Of a stretch of 64,000 bases of DNA, positions 40,192-48,448 are shown piece after piece. A program made the position numbers and the translations under genes. The notes under the pieces were generated by a model. That model was not told the DNA's origin and did not search any database. It saw nothing but the letters and a program-made list of their open reading frames with translations. Source of the stretch: an uncultured bacterium (GTDB taxonomy: Bacteria > Fidelibacterota > UBA2242); NCBI GenBank assembly GCA_964576275.1, contig CAZNUN010000003.1, forward strand, positions 136,730 to 200,729, in the 5' to 3' direction. The stretch's first letter is position 1. Each line of letters starts with the position of its first letter.

Positions 40192-40707
40192 TTGACTAAT
40201 AAACTTACCATCAGTTACGAACACGAAAAGTCTGGTCTGCTGCGCTATATTCGTTCGAAAATCAGTAATCTGCGGGACGCCGAAGACATTTTGCAGGAAG
40301 TCTTTTTACAGGCTCTGAAAAATATGAATGTCATGGAACCGGTTGACAATCTGCTGGGCTGGCTGTACACCGCCGCTCATAATCGGATCGTAGATTGGTA
40401 TCGTCACCGGAAGACCGCCGAAAGGTTTGAAAGCGATCTGACGAAGGAATTGTTCGGCGAGGCCGATCCGAACCTACTGGACGGAGCTGATCAGGAGTTA
40501 TTAATGGAGCAAATTTACGCCGCTATCAACGAATTGCCTGAAGAACAAAAACGCGTCGTTATTTTGCAATCCCTGCATGAAATGACTTTTCAGGAAATTG
40601 CGGAAATGGAAGGCGTTTCGATTAATACGTTGCTGGCCCGTAAGCGCTATGCCATTAACTATCTCCGTAACCGTCTGGCGGATTCGGAATTATTCCATGA
40701 TAAATAA
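40180..40707 (+). CDS. ECF-type RNA polymerase sigma factor (sigma-70 family)
   Basis: Region 2 'DAEDILQEVFLQAL...LLGWLYTAAHNRIVDWYR' and region 4 'EQKRVVILQSLHEMTFQEIAEMEGVSINTLLARKRYA'. Confidence 0.8.
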   Translation: METVLTNKLTISYEHEKSGLLRYIRSKISNLRDAEDILQEVFLQALKNMNVMEPVDNLLGWLYTAAHNRIVDWYRHRKTAERFESDLTKELFGEADPNLLDGADQELLMEQIYAAINELPEEQKRVVILQSLHEMTFQEIAEMEGVSINTLLARKRYAINYLRNRLADSELFHDK

Positions 40708-40723
40708 TGAAAGGAGTTACGAT

Positions 40724-41059
40724 ATGAATTCGCACATTGTAAATCATCACCGGCCGGTACGTTATATTGTCTGGGGGATCGGAGGGTTGGCGCTCGCCGC
40801 CGCGGCCGCTTTCTTCTTCGGTTTTATATTGATGCTGTTATGGAACTGGCTGATGCCGGCGATCTTCGGCCTGCCGAACATTACCTTCTGGCAGGGATGG
40901 GGATTGGTGTTACTGACGCATATTCTTTTCAAGGCCGGACCTCACGATCATTTTCACGGGCACAATTCGGATGATTTCAGGAAGAAATTCCACGAGCGTC
41001 TGAAAAAACATGGGCCGCATTACCCTGAAACCAATACGGATGAAACGTCCGCTGTCTAA
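40724..41059 (+). CDS. His-rich single-pass membrane protein (possible anti-sigma/metal sensor)
   Basis: AAAGGAG RBS before ATG 40724. The TM is 'WGIGGLALAAAAAFFFGFILMLLW'. The C-terminus is 'GPHDHFHGHNSDDFRKKFHERLKKHGPHYPE'. The listed 40598 ORF start is an out-of-context extension overlapping the sigma gene. Confidence 0.4.
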   Translation: MNSHIVNHHRPVRYIVWGIGGLALAAAAAFFFGFILMLLWNWLMPAIFGLPNITFWQGWGLVLLTHILFKAGPHDHFHGHNSDDFRKKFHERLKKHGPHYPETNTDETSAV

Positions 41060-41081
41060 CCCGGAAACCTGCGAGCCTGCC

Positions 41082-41492
41082 ATGTCAGCCGAACACTCAA
41101 TCCTTGGTGCGCAAAAACACTTTCGGAATAATGCCGGCTGGCTGATTGCCCTGGAAATTTTTATGGCGGTGTGGGCGGCGGATGTTTTCTGGTTGAGATG
41201 GACGACCTTTGCCTCCGAACTGGTTCCGGAATCTGTGGTTTTCGCATTAGGGTTTTCGCTGTGGTTGAGCGCCGGATTGTTGCTGATCAGTGACTATTTC
41301 GGAAGGCTGGTTAAGCGGCCGGTTTTACTGGCGGCTTTACTGGGCGCTCTCGGCCTCGTGATTGTCAGCCTTTCGCTGGCGGCCCTGGCGGTCTGGTTGA
41401 TAATTTTGTATTTTCACCACTGGCGTTTATGCTGGTATCTCTTGACGGAAGAGGCCGTTTCTTTAAACATTTTTGGCGGAGGTGAATCATGA
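41082..41492 (+). CDS. degenerate ICMT-like methyltransferase paralog
   Basis: The N-terminal 60 aa are collinear with the downstream paralog ('LIALEIFMAVWAADVFWLRWTTF'), but 'RHPVY' reads 'KRPVL' and the EE...FG...Y tail is truncated. Confidence 0.4.
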   Translation: MSAEHSILGAQKHFRNNAGWLIALEIFMAVWAADVFWLRWTTFASELVPESVVFALGFSLWLSAGLLLISDYFGRLVKRPVLLAALLGALGLVIVSLSLAALAVWLIILYFHHWRLCWYLLTEEAVSLNIFGGGES

Positions 41493-41980
41493 ATACTCCA
41501 TTGCAGGAACGCAACGGCGAGCATCCCCTTGGTGACCTCGGGCAATTGATCGCTTTAGTGATTTTTATGGCTGTCTGGATTGGCGATTCATTTTGGCTGA
41601 GATGGACCACCTTTGGATTGGAAACGATCCCGAACGTCATCCGGATGGCAGTGGCTATTCCGATCTGGCTGCTGGCCGGAATCTTAATCAAGGTCAGCCA
41701 TTACGTGGTGCATGCCGAAAATCGTCCGGCCGGAGTAATTTCCCAGGGTGTATTTAAATATGTCCGTCACCCGGTGTATCTTTCGGCGCTGCTGGTTTAT
41801 CTTGGATTAGTCGTTTCGAGCCTGTCGGTCGCGGCCCTGGTGGTTTGGCTGCTGATTTTGGTCTTTTATAATTACATTGCCGTCTACGAGGAACATCTGC
41901 TGATCGCCAGGTACGGCGATGCTTACCGGGCTTACCAGCGTCGCACCGGCCGCTGGCTGCCGAAACTGAAAACCCGCTGA
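41489..41980 (+). CDS. isoprenylcysteine carboxyl methyltransferase (ICMT/PEMT) family membrane protein
   Basis: 'GVFKYVRHPVYLSALLVYLG' and the C-terminal 'EEHLLIARYGDAYRAYQRR' ICMT-family motifs. It overlaps the upstream paralog in an ATGA arrangement. Confidence 0.65.
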   Translation: MNTPLQERNGEHPLGDLGQLIALVIFMAVWIGDSFWLRWTTFGLETIPNVIRMAVAIPIWLLAGILIKVSHYVVHAENRPAGVISQGVFKYVRHPVYLSALLVYLGLVVSSLSVAALVVWLLILVFYNYIAVYEEHLLIARYGDAYRAYQRRTGRWLPKLKTR

Positions 41981-42166
41981 ATTAATTTACTCGTTAAATT
42001 TATCCACCGGTCGCGATCACCTGACGCGGCCGGTTCTTATATGTAACATTGTTACGGCACTTCTTTATTTATCCGGTTGGAAAACCCGCAACCCTCTTTT
42101 AAGTGACGAACAATCCGTCAGAGCCGGATTTCGCTACGCTCAACGAGTGACGAGTAACTAGTGAAC

Positions 42167-42201
42167 TCGCAACCCGTAACTCGTAACCCGTAACCCGCAA
42201 C
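42167..42201. repeat. 5x tandem heptamer YCGYAAC
   Basis: The units are TCGCAAC, CCGTAAC, TCGTAAC, CCGTAAC and CCGCAAC. They lie directly 3' of the stop of the minus-strand serine hydrolase gene, and related GTGACGA/GTAAC words occur just upstream. Confidence 0.6.
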
Positions 42202-43415
42202 TATTCCGCCAGACTGCCGGCGACGATATTGGCGACTTTGGCGCGCAGCGGACCGGCATCCCCGTCCGGCAGATGCACGCGGTTGGTCAGGATAATGATG
42301 AAAGTTTGCGTAGCCGGATCAATGACGACGGATGTGCCTGTAAAACCGGTATGCCCGAAAGCTGTTTTAGGCAGCAGGTCACCCATCAAAGAATAATGCG
42401 AGACGTTGACGCCCCAGCCCAGGCTGCGTTCCGAAAAGGCAAAGTCGGGATAGACTGTGCCGATCAGCTTGACCGAGAGCGGTGAAAGGATGTGCGTTTT
42501 GCCATAAGTGCCGCCGTTTAAAATCATCTGGCAGAAAATCGCCAGGTCGTCGACGCATGAAAAGAGTCCGGCGTTGCCGGAAACACCGCCCAGCAGTTGG
42601 GCCAGCGGGTCGTGGACTTTGCCACGCAGCGGATTGCCGTTCATGACTTCGGTCGGTACGATGCGGGGCAGCAGGTCAGCCGGCGGGAGATATTGCGTGC
42701 TGGTCATGCCGAGTGGCAGGAAAATGTTTTCGCGCGAGAACTGGGCAACATTTCGCCCGGAAACGCGCCGGACGATTTCGCCGAGCGTAATGAATCCGAG
42801 GCAGCTGTAAGCATACTTATCGCCGGGCGCACTCCGCTTTTTAATGGTGGCGATAGTTTGAATCAGCTGATCGTAACATGGCTCACCGTATTTTTCACGC
42901 AGCGCAGCGGCGTTTGTGTAAGGCGGCAAACCGGAGGTATGCGTCAGCAGGTGGACGATGGTCGGAACTTCAGCCGTATCGCCATTTTCGGCGACGAATG
43001 GGAGGAAGTCCGGAATGTACTTCGTGACTTTATCAGTCAATCGGATCTGGCCGGATTCGATCAGCATCATCACAGAAGTAGTGGTGGCGACGGATTTGGT
43101 GACCGAAGCCATGTCGAACAGATTATCAGCGGTCATCGGTTCTTTCTGAGGGACGATTTGAGAATTGCCATAGGCTTTGCGGAAAACCACGTTGCCGTTG
43201 CGGGCGACCAGGATGACGGCGCCCGGTATATGCCCGGCGGCGATTTCGGAAGTGACCGCGTCGTCGATTTTCTGCAGGCGCATGGCGTCGACACCGGTTT
43301 TTCCGGTCGGTTTATATTGCAGCAGGCGACCGCTATCGGCCTGACCCAATCCGAGGGCGGTATTCAATGCTAAAAGTAATCCGGTGATCAGAATTCGTTG
43401 CGATTTCATTTTCAT
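42201..43415 (-). CDS. beta-lactamase-fold serine hydrolase (class C / PBP4*-like)
   Basis: Signal peptide. 'DMASVTKSV' is an S-x-x-K active-site motif. Length 404 aa, with a 'YAYS' Y-x-N-like region. Confidence 0.8.
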   Translation of the reverse strand: MKMKSQRILITGLLLALNTALGLGQADSGRLLQYKPTGKTGVDAMRLQKIDDAVTSEIAAGHIPGAVILVARNGNVVFRKAYGNSQIVPQKEPMTADNLFDMASVTKSVATTTSVMMLIESGQIRLTDKVTKYIPDFLPFVAENGDTAEVPTIVHLLTHTSGLPPYTNAAALREKYGEPCYDQLIQTIATIKKRSAPGDKYAYSCLGFITLGEIVRRVSGRNVAQFSRENIFLPLGMTSTQYLPPADLLPRIVPTEVMNGNPLRGKVHDPLAQLLGGVSGNAGLFSCVDDLAIFCQMILNGGTYGKTHILSPLSVKLIGTVYPDFAFSERSLGWGVNVSHYSLMGDLLPKTAFGHTGFTGTSVVIDPATQTFIIILTNRVHLPDGDAGPLRAKVANIVAGSLAE

Positions 43416-43427
43416 TCTCCAGTAGAA

Positions 43428-44066
43428 TTATCTTAATGAATCGATAGGAATATCCAGATTAGGCTTTCCTTCATATCCCTTGTAATCGAAGTGCCACCAT
43501 TCGCTGGGCAGCGGAGTAAAGCCGTGGCGGACCATCGCATCTTCCAGAATCTGGCGGTTGCGGAGAGCTTCAGGAGGCAAATCCATATAATTGCGCCGGG
43601 CTTTGGCGGAGAAATTATCAAATTCGGTCGGCATTAAAAGCGGTTTGCCATTCAAATCCAGCAGGCTGACATCGACTGCATATCCGCGATTGTGACGGGA
43701 GCCCGTGGCGGGATCGGCCACGAATTCCGGATTGGGCAAAATCCCCCACATTATTTTCTGGACGGAGAGCGGTCGGTAACCGTCAAATACGACGAGCTGA
43801 TAGCCCTGCTCTTTCAGGTCTTGCTGAACTTTAGCCAGGGCTTTGGCGGCCGGTTTGACCAGAAAACAGCGCGCGGAAGGATAAAGCACTTTGCCGACGA
43901 AATTATTGTCGGTGGCGTAGCGAATATCAAGCACGACATCGGGAATAACCTGATTCAGTTCGACCAATTGTGGCAGGCGGTCACATTGAATAGTCGTGAA
44001 AACTAAAAAGGCCGCCAGTATGATACGTAGCAATTTCACATTGCCGGATAAGTTGGATTTTTTCAT
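43428..44066 (-). CDS. D-alanyl-D-alanine dipeptidase (VanX/DdpX, peptidase M15D family)
   Basis: 'VFDGYRPLSVQ' and 'SRHNRGYAVDVSLLD' (S-x-H-x-x-G-x-A-x-D zinc site), followed by a 'WWHFDY' region. AGAGG RBS before the internal ATG at 44066. Confidence 0.7.
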   Translation of the reverse strand: MKKSNLSGNVKLLRIILAAFLVFTTIQCDRLPQLVELNQVIPDVVLDIRYATDNNFVGKVLYPSARCFLVKPAAKALAKVQQDLKEQGYQLVVFDGYRPLSVQKIMWGILPNPEFVADPATGSRHNRGYAVDVSLLDLNGKPLLMPTEFDNFSAKARRNYMDLPPEALRNRQILEDAMVRHGFTPLPSEWWHFDYKGYEGKPNLDIPIDSLR

Positions 44067-44177
44067 AATGCCTCTCATTATATCAATAGTTTAATGGTCG
44101 GGAGGCGGGAAAGCAAATTTTTCACCGTTGGAAATATTTAAATAATAGATTATCTTCAGGGCAGTTTTGGTGAAACT

Positions 44178-44732
44178 GTGAAGATGAAGGTCATTGAATC
44201 AATATTGCAGAAAAGTCTGAATGAGCGCAACACCCGAAAGATCGCCCAGTTTAATCCAGGGCTGATGGGTGACCAGGATTCCCGCGTTCGCCTGCTGATT
44301 TGTCTGCCGTTCGATTATGCTCATTTTTACACGGCACTCAGGGTATTTTTACCGGTAATCCGGCAGCATCCGGCCATCAGCAGGCTGGTTGTTACCCAGG
44401 CGCTTTTTCCATTGATTAAAGAGATTGATCCTGATCTGCTGATTCCATTGATTGTTACCCGGATCGATGAAGCCGGATTCCCGACGGATCCGGACTTATT
44501 GGCGATAATGAGCGCCGAATTAGTAGTAGCAATCGACCTAAATCTGAGGCCTTCGGTGACCTCGGCCGCCATCGTGGCGCGCAGCCGGGCTCATATCCGG
44601 GCTGGCTTTCAGACCGAATTCTCGGAGGATTTGTTCAATTTGATCCTGACCTGTAAGTCTGACAATCTGGTGGAGAATGTCTATAGGCGCATTTGGACAT
44701 TGGTACAACCGGAAATCTTGAAGTCCATATAA
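44178..44732 (+). CDS. hypothetical protein
   Basis: 184-aa ORF preceded by an AAGGTGA-like sequence. No recognisable motif. Confidence 0.3.
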   Translation: MKMKVIESILQKSLNERNTRKIAQFNPGLMGDQDSRVRLLICLPFDYAHFYTALRVFLPVIRQHPAISRLVVTQALFPLIKEIDPDLLIPLIVTRIDEAGFPTDPDLLAIMSAELVVAIDLNLRPSVTSAAIVARSRAHIRAGFQTEFSEDLFNLILTCKSDNLVENVYRRIWTLVQPEILKSI

Positions 44733-44794
44733 AAATTACTTGACGCACAAGCCTTCGGCGTGTATATTTAGCGCCATAAAAAAGGTGATAATAG

Positions 44795-45211
44795 ATGGAA
44801 GATTTAGTTTGTCCCGAATGTGGCGCCCCTCTCAAAGAAGAAGAATTGAAAGAGTCTCTGATCTGTCCGCATTGCAAAACCAATTTACGGGATTCCAAAT
44901 ATCTCGACTTTCTGGAACTGTTGGTTTATTACGACATTGTAGACGACATTGATTTTTTCGATATGAGTCTTTACGGTGAAGAAATGCTTAAAAACGAGCG
45001 CGAAGACTACGACGAACCGGACATCGATCCCTCCAAATTTGAGAAGAAGAAAGAGGTCTGGGATGAATTCGAGGACGACATCGAATTGAACGAAAATTTA
45101 TCCGAAGAAACCGAAGAAACCGAAGATCCCTGGAACCTTGTGGACAACGACATTCCCTTTGAGGATGACTGGAATGAAGAAAATGATGACCGTGAGCGGG
45201 ATGATTATTAA
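44795..45211 (+). CDS. zinc-ribbon protein with hyper-acidic C-terminal tail
   Basis: AAGGTGA RBS. 'CPECG...(17)...CPHCKT' CxxC-CxxC pattern. The last roughly 95 aa are about 45% Asp/Glu. Confidence 0.45.
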   Translation: MEDLVCPECGAPLKEEELKESLICPHCKTNLRDSKYLDFLELLVYYDIVDDIDFFDMSLYGEEMLKNEREDYDEPDIDPSKFEKKKEVWDEFEDDIELNENLSEETEETEDPWNLVDNDIPFEDDWNEENDDRERDDY

Positions 45212-45228
45212 TATGATGTGAAGGAAAA

Positions 45229-45549
45229 ATGAACACACCTAAACCGGTCCAAATCCAAATTGAATTGCCAGAGGCGAAAGCAGAAGGCAATTACAGCAAT
45301 TTTACCGTAATATCCCACTCCGGGGCCGAATTTGTACTCGATTTCGCGCGCGTCATGCCCGGCACACCCAAAGCTGTGGTCCAGAGCCGTATTATTCTGA
45401 CTCCGATCCATGCCAAGACCCTGTTGTTTACCCTGCAGGACAATATTGCCAAGTTCGAATCCAAATTTGGGGAGATCAAGCTTCCCGAAAAGGAAGCTTA
45501 TCTGCCTTTCGGTTTACCGCCGGAAGATACCAGCAAGTTGCCGAACTGA
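45229..45549 (+). CDS. DUF3467-like protein
   Basis: 'YSNFTVISHSGAEFVLDFARVMPGTPKAVVQSRIILTPIHAKTLL' matches the DUF3467 pattern. It starts 17 nt downstream of the acidic protein gene. Confidence 0.55.
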   Translation: MNTPKPVQIQIELPEAKAEGNYSNFTVISHSGAEFVLDFARVMPGTPKAVVQSRIILTPIHAKTLLFTLQDNIAKFESKFGEIKLPEKEAYLPFGLPPEDTSKLPN

Positions 45550-45571
45550 CCGGCGCCATATTTTTTAGCCT

Positions 45572-47614
45572 TTATAGATTTTCCCTGAAGAAAGCTACCG
45601 CCTTGCGGAAAAGATCGTACTGATCGGCGCTTTTTCGAATCGTGCTGCTTTCCCACGGATAGAGATTAAAGTCAACTTTCTTGTGTCTGGCTAACAGCTC
45701 GGGGAGCAGACGATTGGCTTCGATCAATTCCGGCAGGCAGCTGGCGGCTCCTTGAACCATGAGGAAACGTCCACCCAGATAATGGTAATATTTGTGAGGA
45801 TCGATATCGGCAGCAATCTGCTGATCGTCAAGTAGTAAATTCGTCAGATAGCGCAGGTAATTACTTTCCGGATGCGACCATTCCAGGGCGCTGGTCACGG
45901 CGAACCCAGTCCGGAAAACCGTCGCCTCTTTGAACATCGCCATGGTTGCCAGATACCCGCCGTAACCCCAGCCGCAAATCCCGGCGCGGGCTAAATCGAC
46001 ATAATCTAATTTGCCGATGTTATCTAAAACCGCCCGCAGATCTGATAGTTGCACGGACAGCGGGTCCTGGATTCCCGGCTTAACAGTCAGAGTGGCAGCG
46101 GTTCTCAGGTCGGTATATTCGATCGCCACGACCACATAGCCGTTGTTGCTCAGGATTTGATAAAAGAATATATCCGGGCGCCAGGCTTCCGTTGTGACTT
46201 CTACACAGTCGATGCCGTTCAGCACAATGATGACGGGATATTTGCGGGCGACCAGATTGCCGTCCGGCAACCACATACGGTAATTGATAAGGCGTCCGGT
46301 CAGCGGATTTATAGCCGCGCCGGATTTGGGAAGTTTGTTTCGGAAGGTGCCGGCAGGAGCCAGCGGGCGTTTCGTAATCGGATTCATTTTACTTTGCGGA
46401 GCGGCTTCGATCCAATAAAGTTCGGGAGGGGTGAGCTGATCGGAAAAGACCTCGACGATTTTTTGACCTGAATTGGAAAGTCGGAAGCGGTAATCACCGC
46501 CGCGATACGAGACAGGAGCTATCTCGCCGGTTTTCAGATGGGCGAGGTATAATTGCAATTGGTCGGGCCGGTCTTTGGTTCCAGTAAAATAGACCGTTTG
46601 ACCGGCGGCGTCGATAGTGTAATTTCGTACGTTCCATTTACCGCGGGTCAGGGCATTATATCGTCCGGTTTCCACCTCCAGAGTATATAGGTGATTGAAA
46701 GAATTGTTTTCAATGCCGAACAGGATTTTCGCTTCCGGTTCGATCCAGTAGAGCTGGTAGCCGAAATCCGCCACCCGGTTTTCACGGATTTCACGATATA
46801 GAGTATCCATACGGCTGTCTATCAGATCGATGAGCACCAGGCAGCGTTCCAGTAAATTTTTTGAAACCGATTCAAAGACGAGATTCTGATCGTCGGGAGA
46901 CCAGATAAAATTGCGCACTATGGAAAGGCGGTTTGGGGGATTTTTAATCACAATTTCGTCCTGCGCGCCGTTTGTAACGTTTACTATTTTAAAACGCACC
47001 GCGTTATCTTGCTGGTCCGAAGCTAGACAAATGGCGATCCGGTCGCTGCGATGCGACCATCGATAATCAGTTATTTGTAAACCGGTCCGGGAGTCAGAGT
47101 AACCACTAATCCTGATTTCCGGAAGGACGGCTTGGGCTTTGTCGGCCGTCAGATCGTACAGAACCAGCGCGCCCTGCCTCCCGTAGGTCAGATATTTTCT
47201 GTTTGGCGACAGAGACACCGGACTTTCGCATTGGGAAATTCCTTCAATCCGCCGTAATGTGCGTTCATGTAAAAGACCGGCGATCCAAATGTCACCCTGG
47301 AATTCAAAACATAGACTGCGGTTAGTTAACCAGGCGACCGTGCCGATTGCCGGAAAATCGAGATTCAATTCCGGGTTGAAACTGGTCAGTCGTTCGAGCT
47401 GGCCGGTCAATGGATTAGCGACCCACAAGTTGCGAAATTCCTCACCCTGATCGTTCCATAAAAATGCAATCAGCGAATCATTTGGCGACCAGATCATCTG
47501 CTGCGGGTCCGCCCCTGACTGATAGGGCGGTGAGAAGAGCATCTGCAGGTCGGGCGGATCCGCGGCGGTGGCTATCGTTCCGCAGATCATCAATATTGCC
47601 AGGAATTTCCTCAT
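45572..47614 (-). CDS. S9/DPP-IV-family peptidase homolog with substituted catalytic triad (likely pseudoenzyme)
   Basis: Signal peptide, an N-terminal TolB/beta-propeller-like repeat region, and a C-terminal alpha/beta-hydrolase domain collinear with DPP-IV. 'GWSYGGY' reads GWGYGGY (the Gly codon GGT is complementary to plus 45965-45967). The Asp region reads 'MVQGAAS' and the His region reads 'YPWESS'. Confidence 0.7.
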   Translation of the reverse strand: MRKFLAILMICGTIATAADPPDLQMLFSPPYQSGADPQQMIWSPNDSLIAFLWNDQGEEFRNLWVANPLTGQLERLTSFNPELNLDFPAIGTVAWLTNRSLCFEFQGDIWIAGLLHERTLRRIEGISQCESPVSLSPNRKYLTYGRQGALVLYDLTADKAQAVLPEIRISGYSDSRTGLQITDYRWSHRSDRIAICLASDQQDNAVRFKIVNVTNGAQDEIVIKNPPNRLSIVRNFIWSPDDQNLVFESVSKNLLERCLVLIDLIDSRMDTLYREIRENRVADFGYQLYWIEPEAKILFGIENNSFNHLYTLEVETGRYNALTRGKWNVRNYTIDAAGQTVYFTGTKDRPDQLQLYLAHLKTGEIAPVSYRGGDYRFRLSNSGQKIVEVFSDQLTPPELYWIEAAPQSKMNPITKRPLAPAGTFRNKLPKSGAAINPLTGRLINYRMWLPDGNLVARKYPVIIVLNGIDCVEVTTEAWRPDIFFYQILSNNGYVVVAIEYTDLRTAATLTVKPGIQDPLSVQLSDLRAVLDNIGKLDYVDLARAGICGWGYGGYLATMAMFKEATVFRTGFAVTSALEWSHPESNYLRYLTNLLLDDQQIAADIDPHKYYHYLGGRFLMVQGAASCLPELIEANRLLPELLARHKKVDFNLYPWESSTIRKSADQYDLFRKAVAFFRENL

Positions 47615-47653
47615 CCTACACCTCGATTCGTATGGTTGCCAGAGATCATTCGC

Positions 47654-48319
47654 TCAGTTGTTCGGCGCCGTTTTTTCTAACCAGAAGATGCATTGAGCGT
47701 GAAAAAACCGCAGCGGTTTGCGCATTTTTACGACTTTCAGACCGCAGTCCTGCAGTTCGGTTTCCCACTGTTTACGCGCGATCAGAGTCATACGGCGCTT
47801 GCGGCCTGAAAGCACTTGGGTCAGGCGATGAAAACCGGATTCAAGATAAACGGATACGATCAGCGTCCGACGAGAGACACGGGTGAGCTCTTTTAGTAAT
47901 GTCACGCGTTCGGCGCTGGTTTTAAAATGCTGCAAGAGTCGGAAATTGAACACGACGTCTACCATGTTGTCGCAAAACGGCAGACAATTGCCGTTGGTGA
48001 CAACCGACATGCGGATATCCAAGTTGCAGCGCTGCTGATAGATTAAAGCATACAGGTTCAGGTCGCCGTTGATCACACTGAAGCCGTATTTTCTGAAAAA
48101 CTGGGTAAACCGCCCGTAGCCGGCCGGCATGTCGAGTAAAGTTTGTTTTGGTCCCGCCAAATCCTTCAGATAATCGTCTATGATGTGTTGTTCGCGCCAG
48201 GAAATCAACCGCTGATCCAAGTGTAGATAGCGGCTGCGGGCATAATTTTCAACGGCTTCGACGCTCTGCCAGGTGACGGCATAGGCTGGGCGCGGGTCTG
48301 ACGGTTCGGATTTACTCAA
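47654..48319 (-). CDS. class I SAM-dependent methyltransferase
   Basis: Motif I 'LLDMPAGYGRF' and a Methyltransf_11-like layout. Length 221 aa. Confidence 0.6.
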   Translation of the reverse strand: MSKSEPSDPRPAYAVTWQSVEAVENYARSRYLHLDQRLISWREQHIIDDYLKDLAGPKQTLLDMPAGYGRFTQFFRKYGFSVINGDLNLYALIYQQRCNLDIRMSVVTNGNCLPFCDNMVDVVFNFRLLQHFKTSAERVTLLKELTRVSRRTLIVSVYLESGFHRLTQVLSGRKRRMTLIARKQWETELQDCGLKVVKMRKPLRFFHAQCIFWLEKTAPNN

Positions 48320-48448
48320 TTTAGTCCACTGTTACGATTTGTTTGATAATGACGCGCCCATTTTACACACAATGATAAAATTAGTCAAATGATTTAAAAT
48401 CGGTGACTGCAATCTGTCGCAAAGCGAAATTATGGAAATTGCATGGCC

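Noticed and set aside
40598-40723. ORF 40598..41059 N-terminal portion overlapping the ECF sigma gene
   Set aside because: The real gene starts at ATG 40724, which has an AAAGGAG RBS. The upstream segment is out-of-frame read-through of sigma region 4.
41082-41492. Considered calling the first ICMT-like paralog a pseudogene
   Set aside because: The ORF is intact, has a plausible start and is translationally coupled to the second copy. Motif degeneracy alone does not prove loss of function, so I annotated it as a degenerate paralog.
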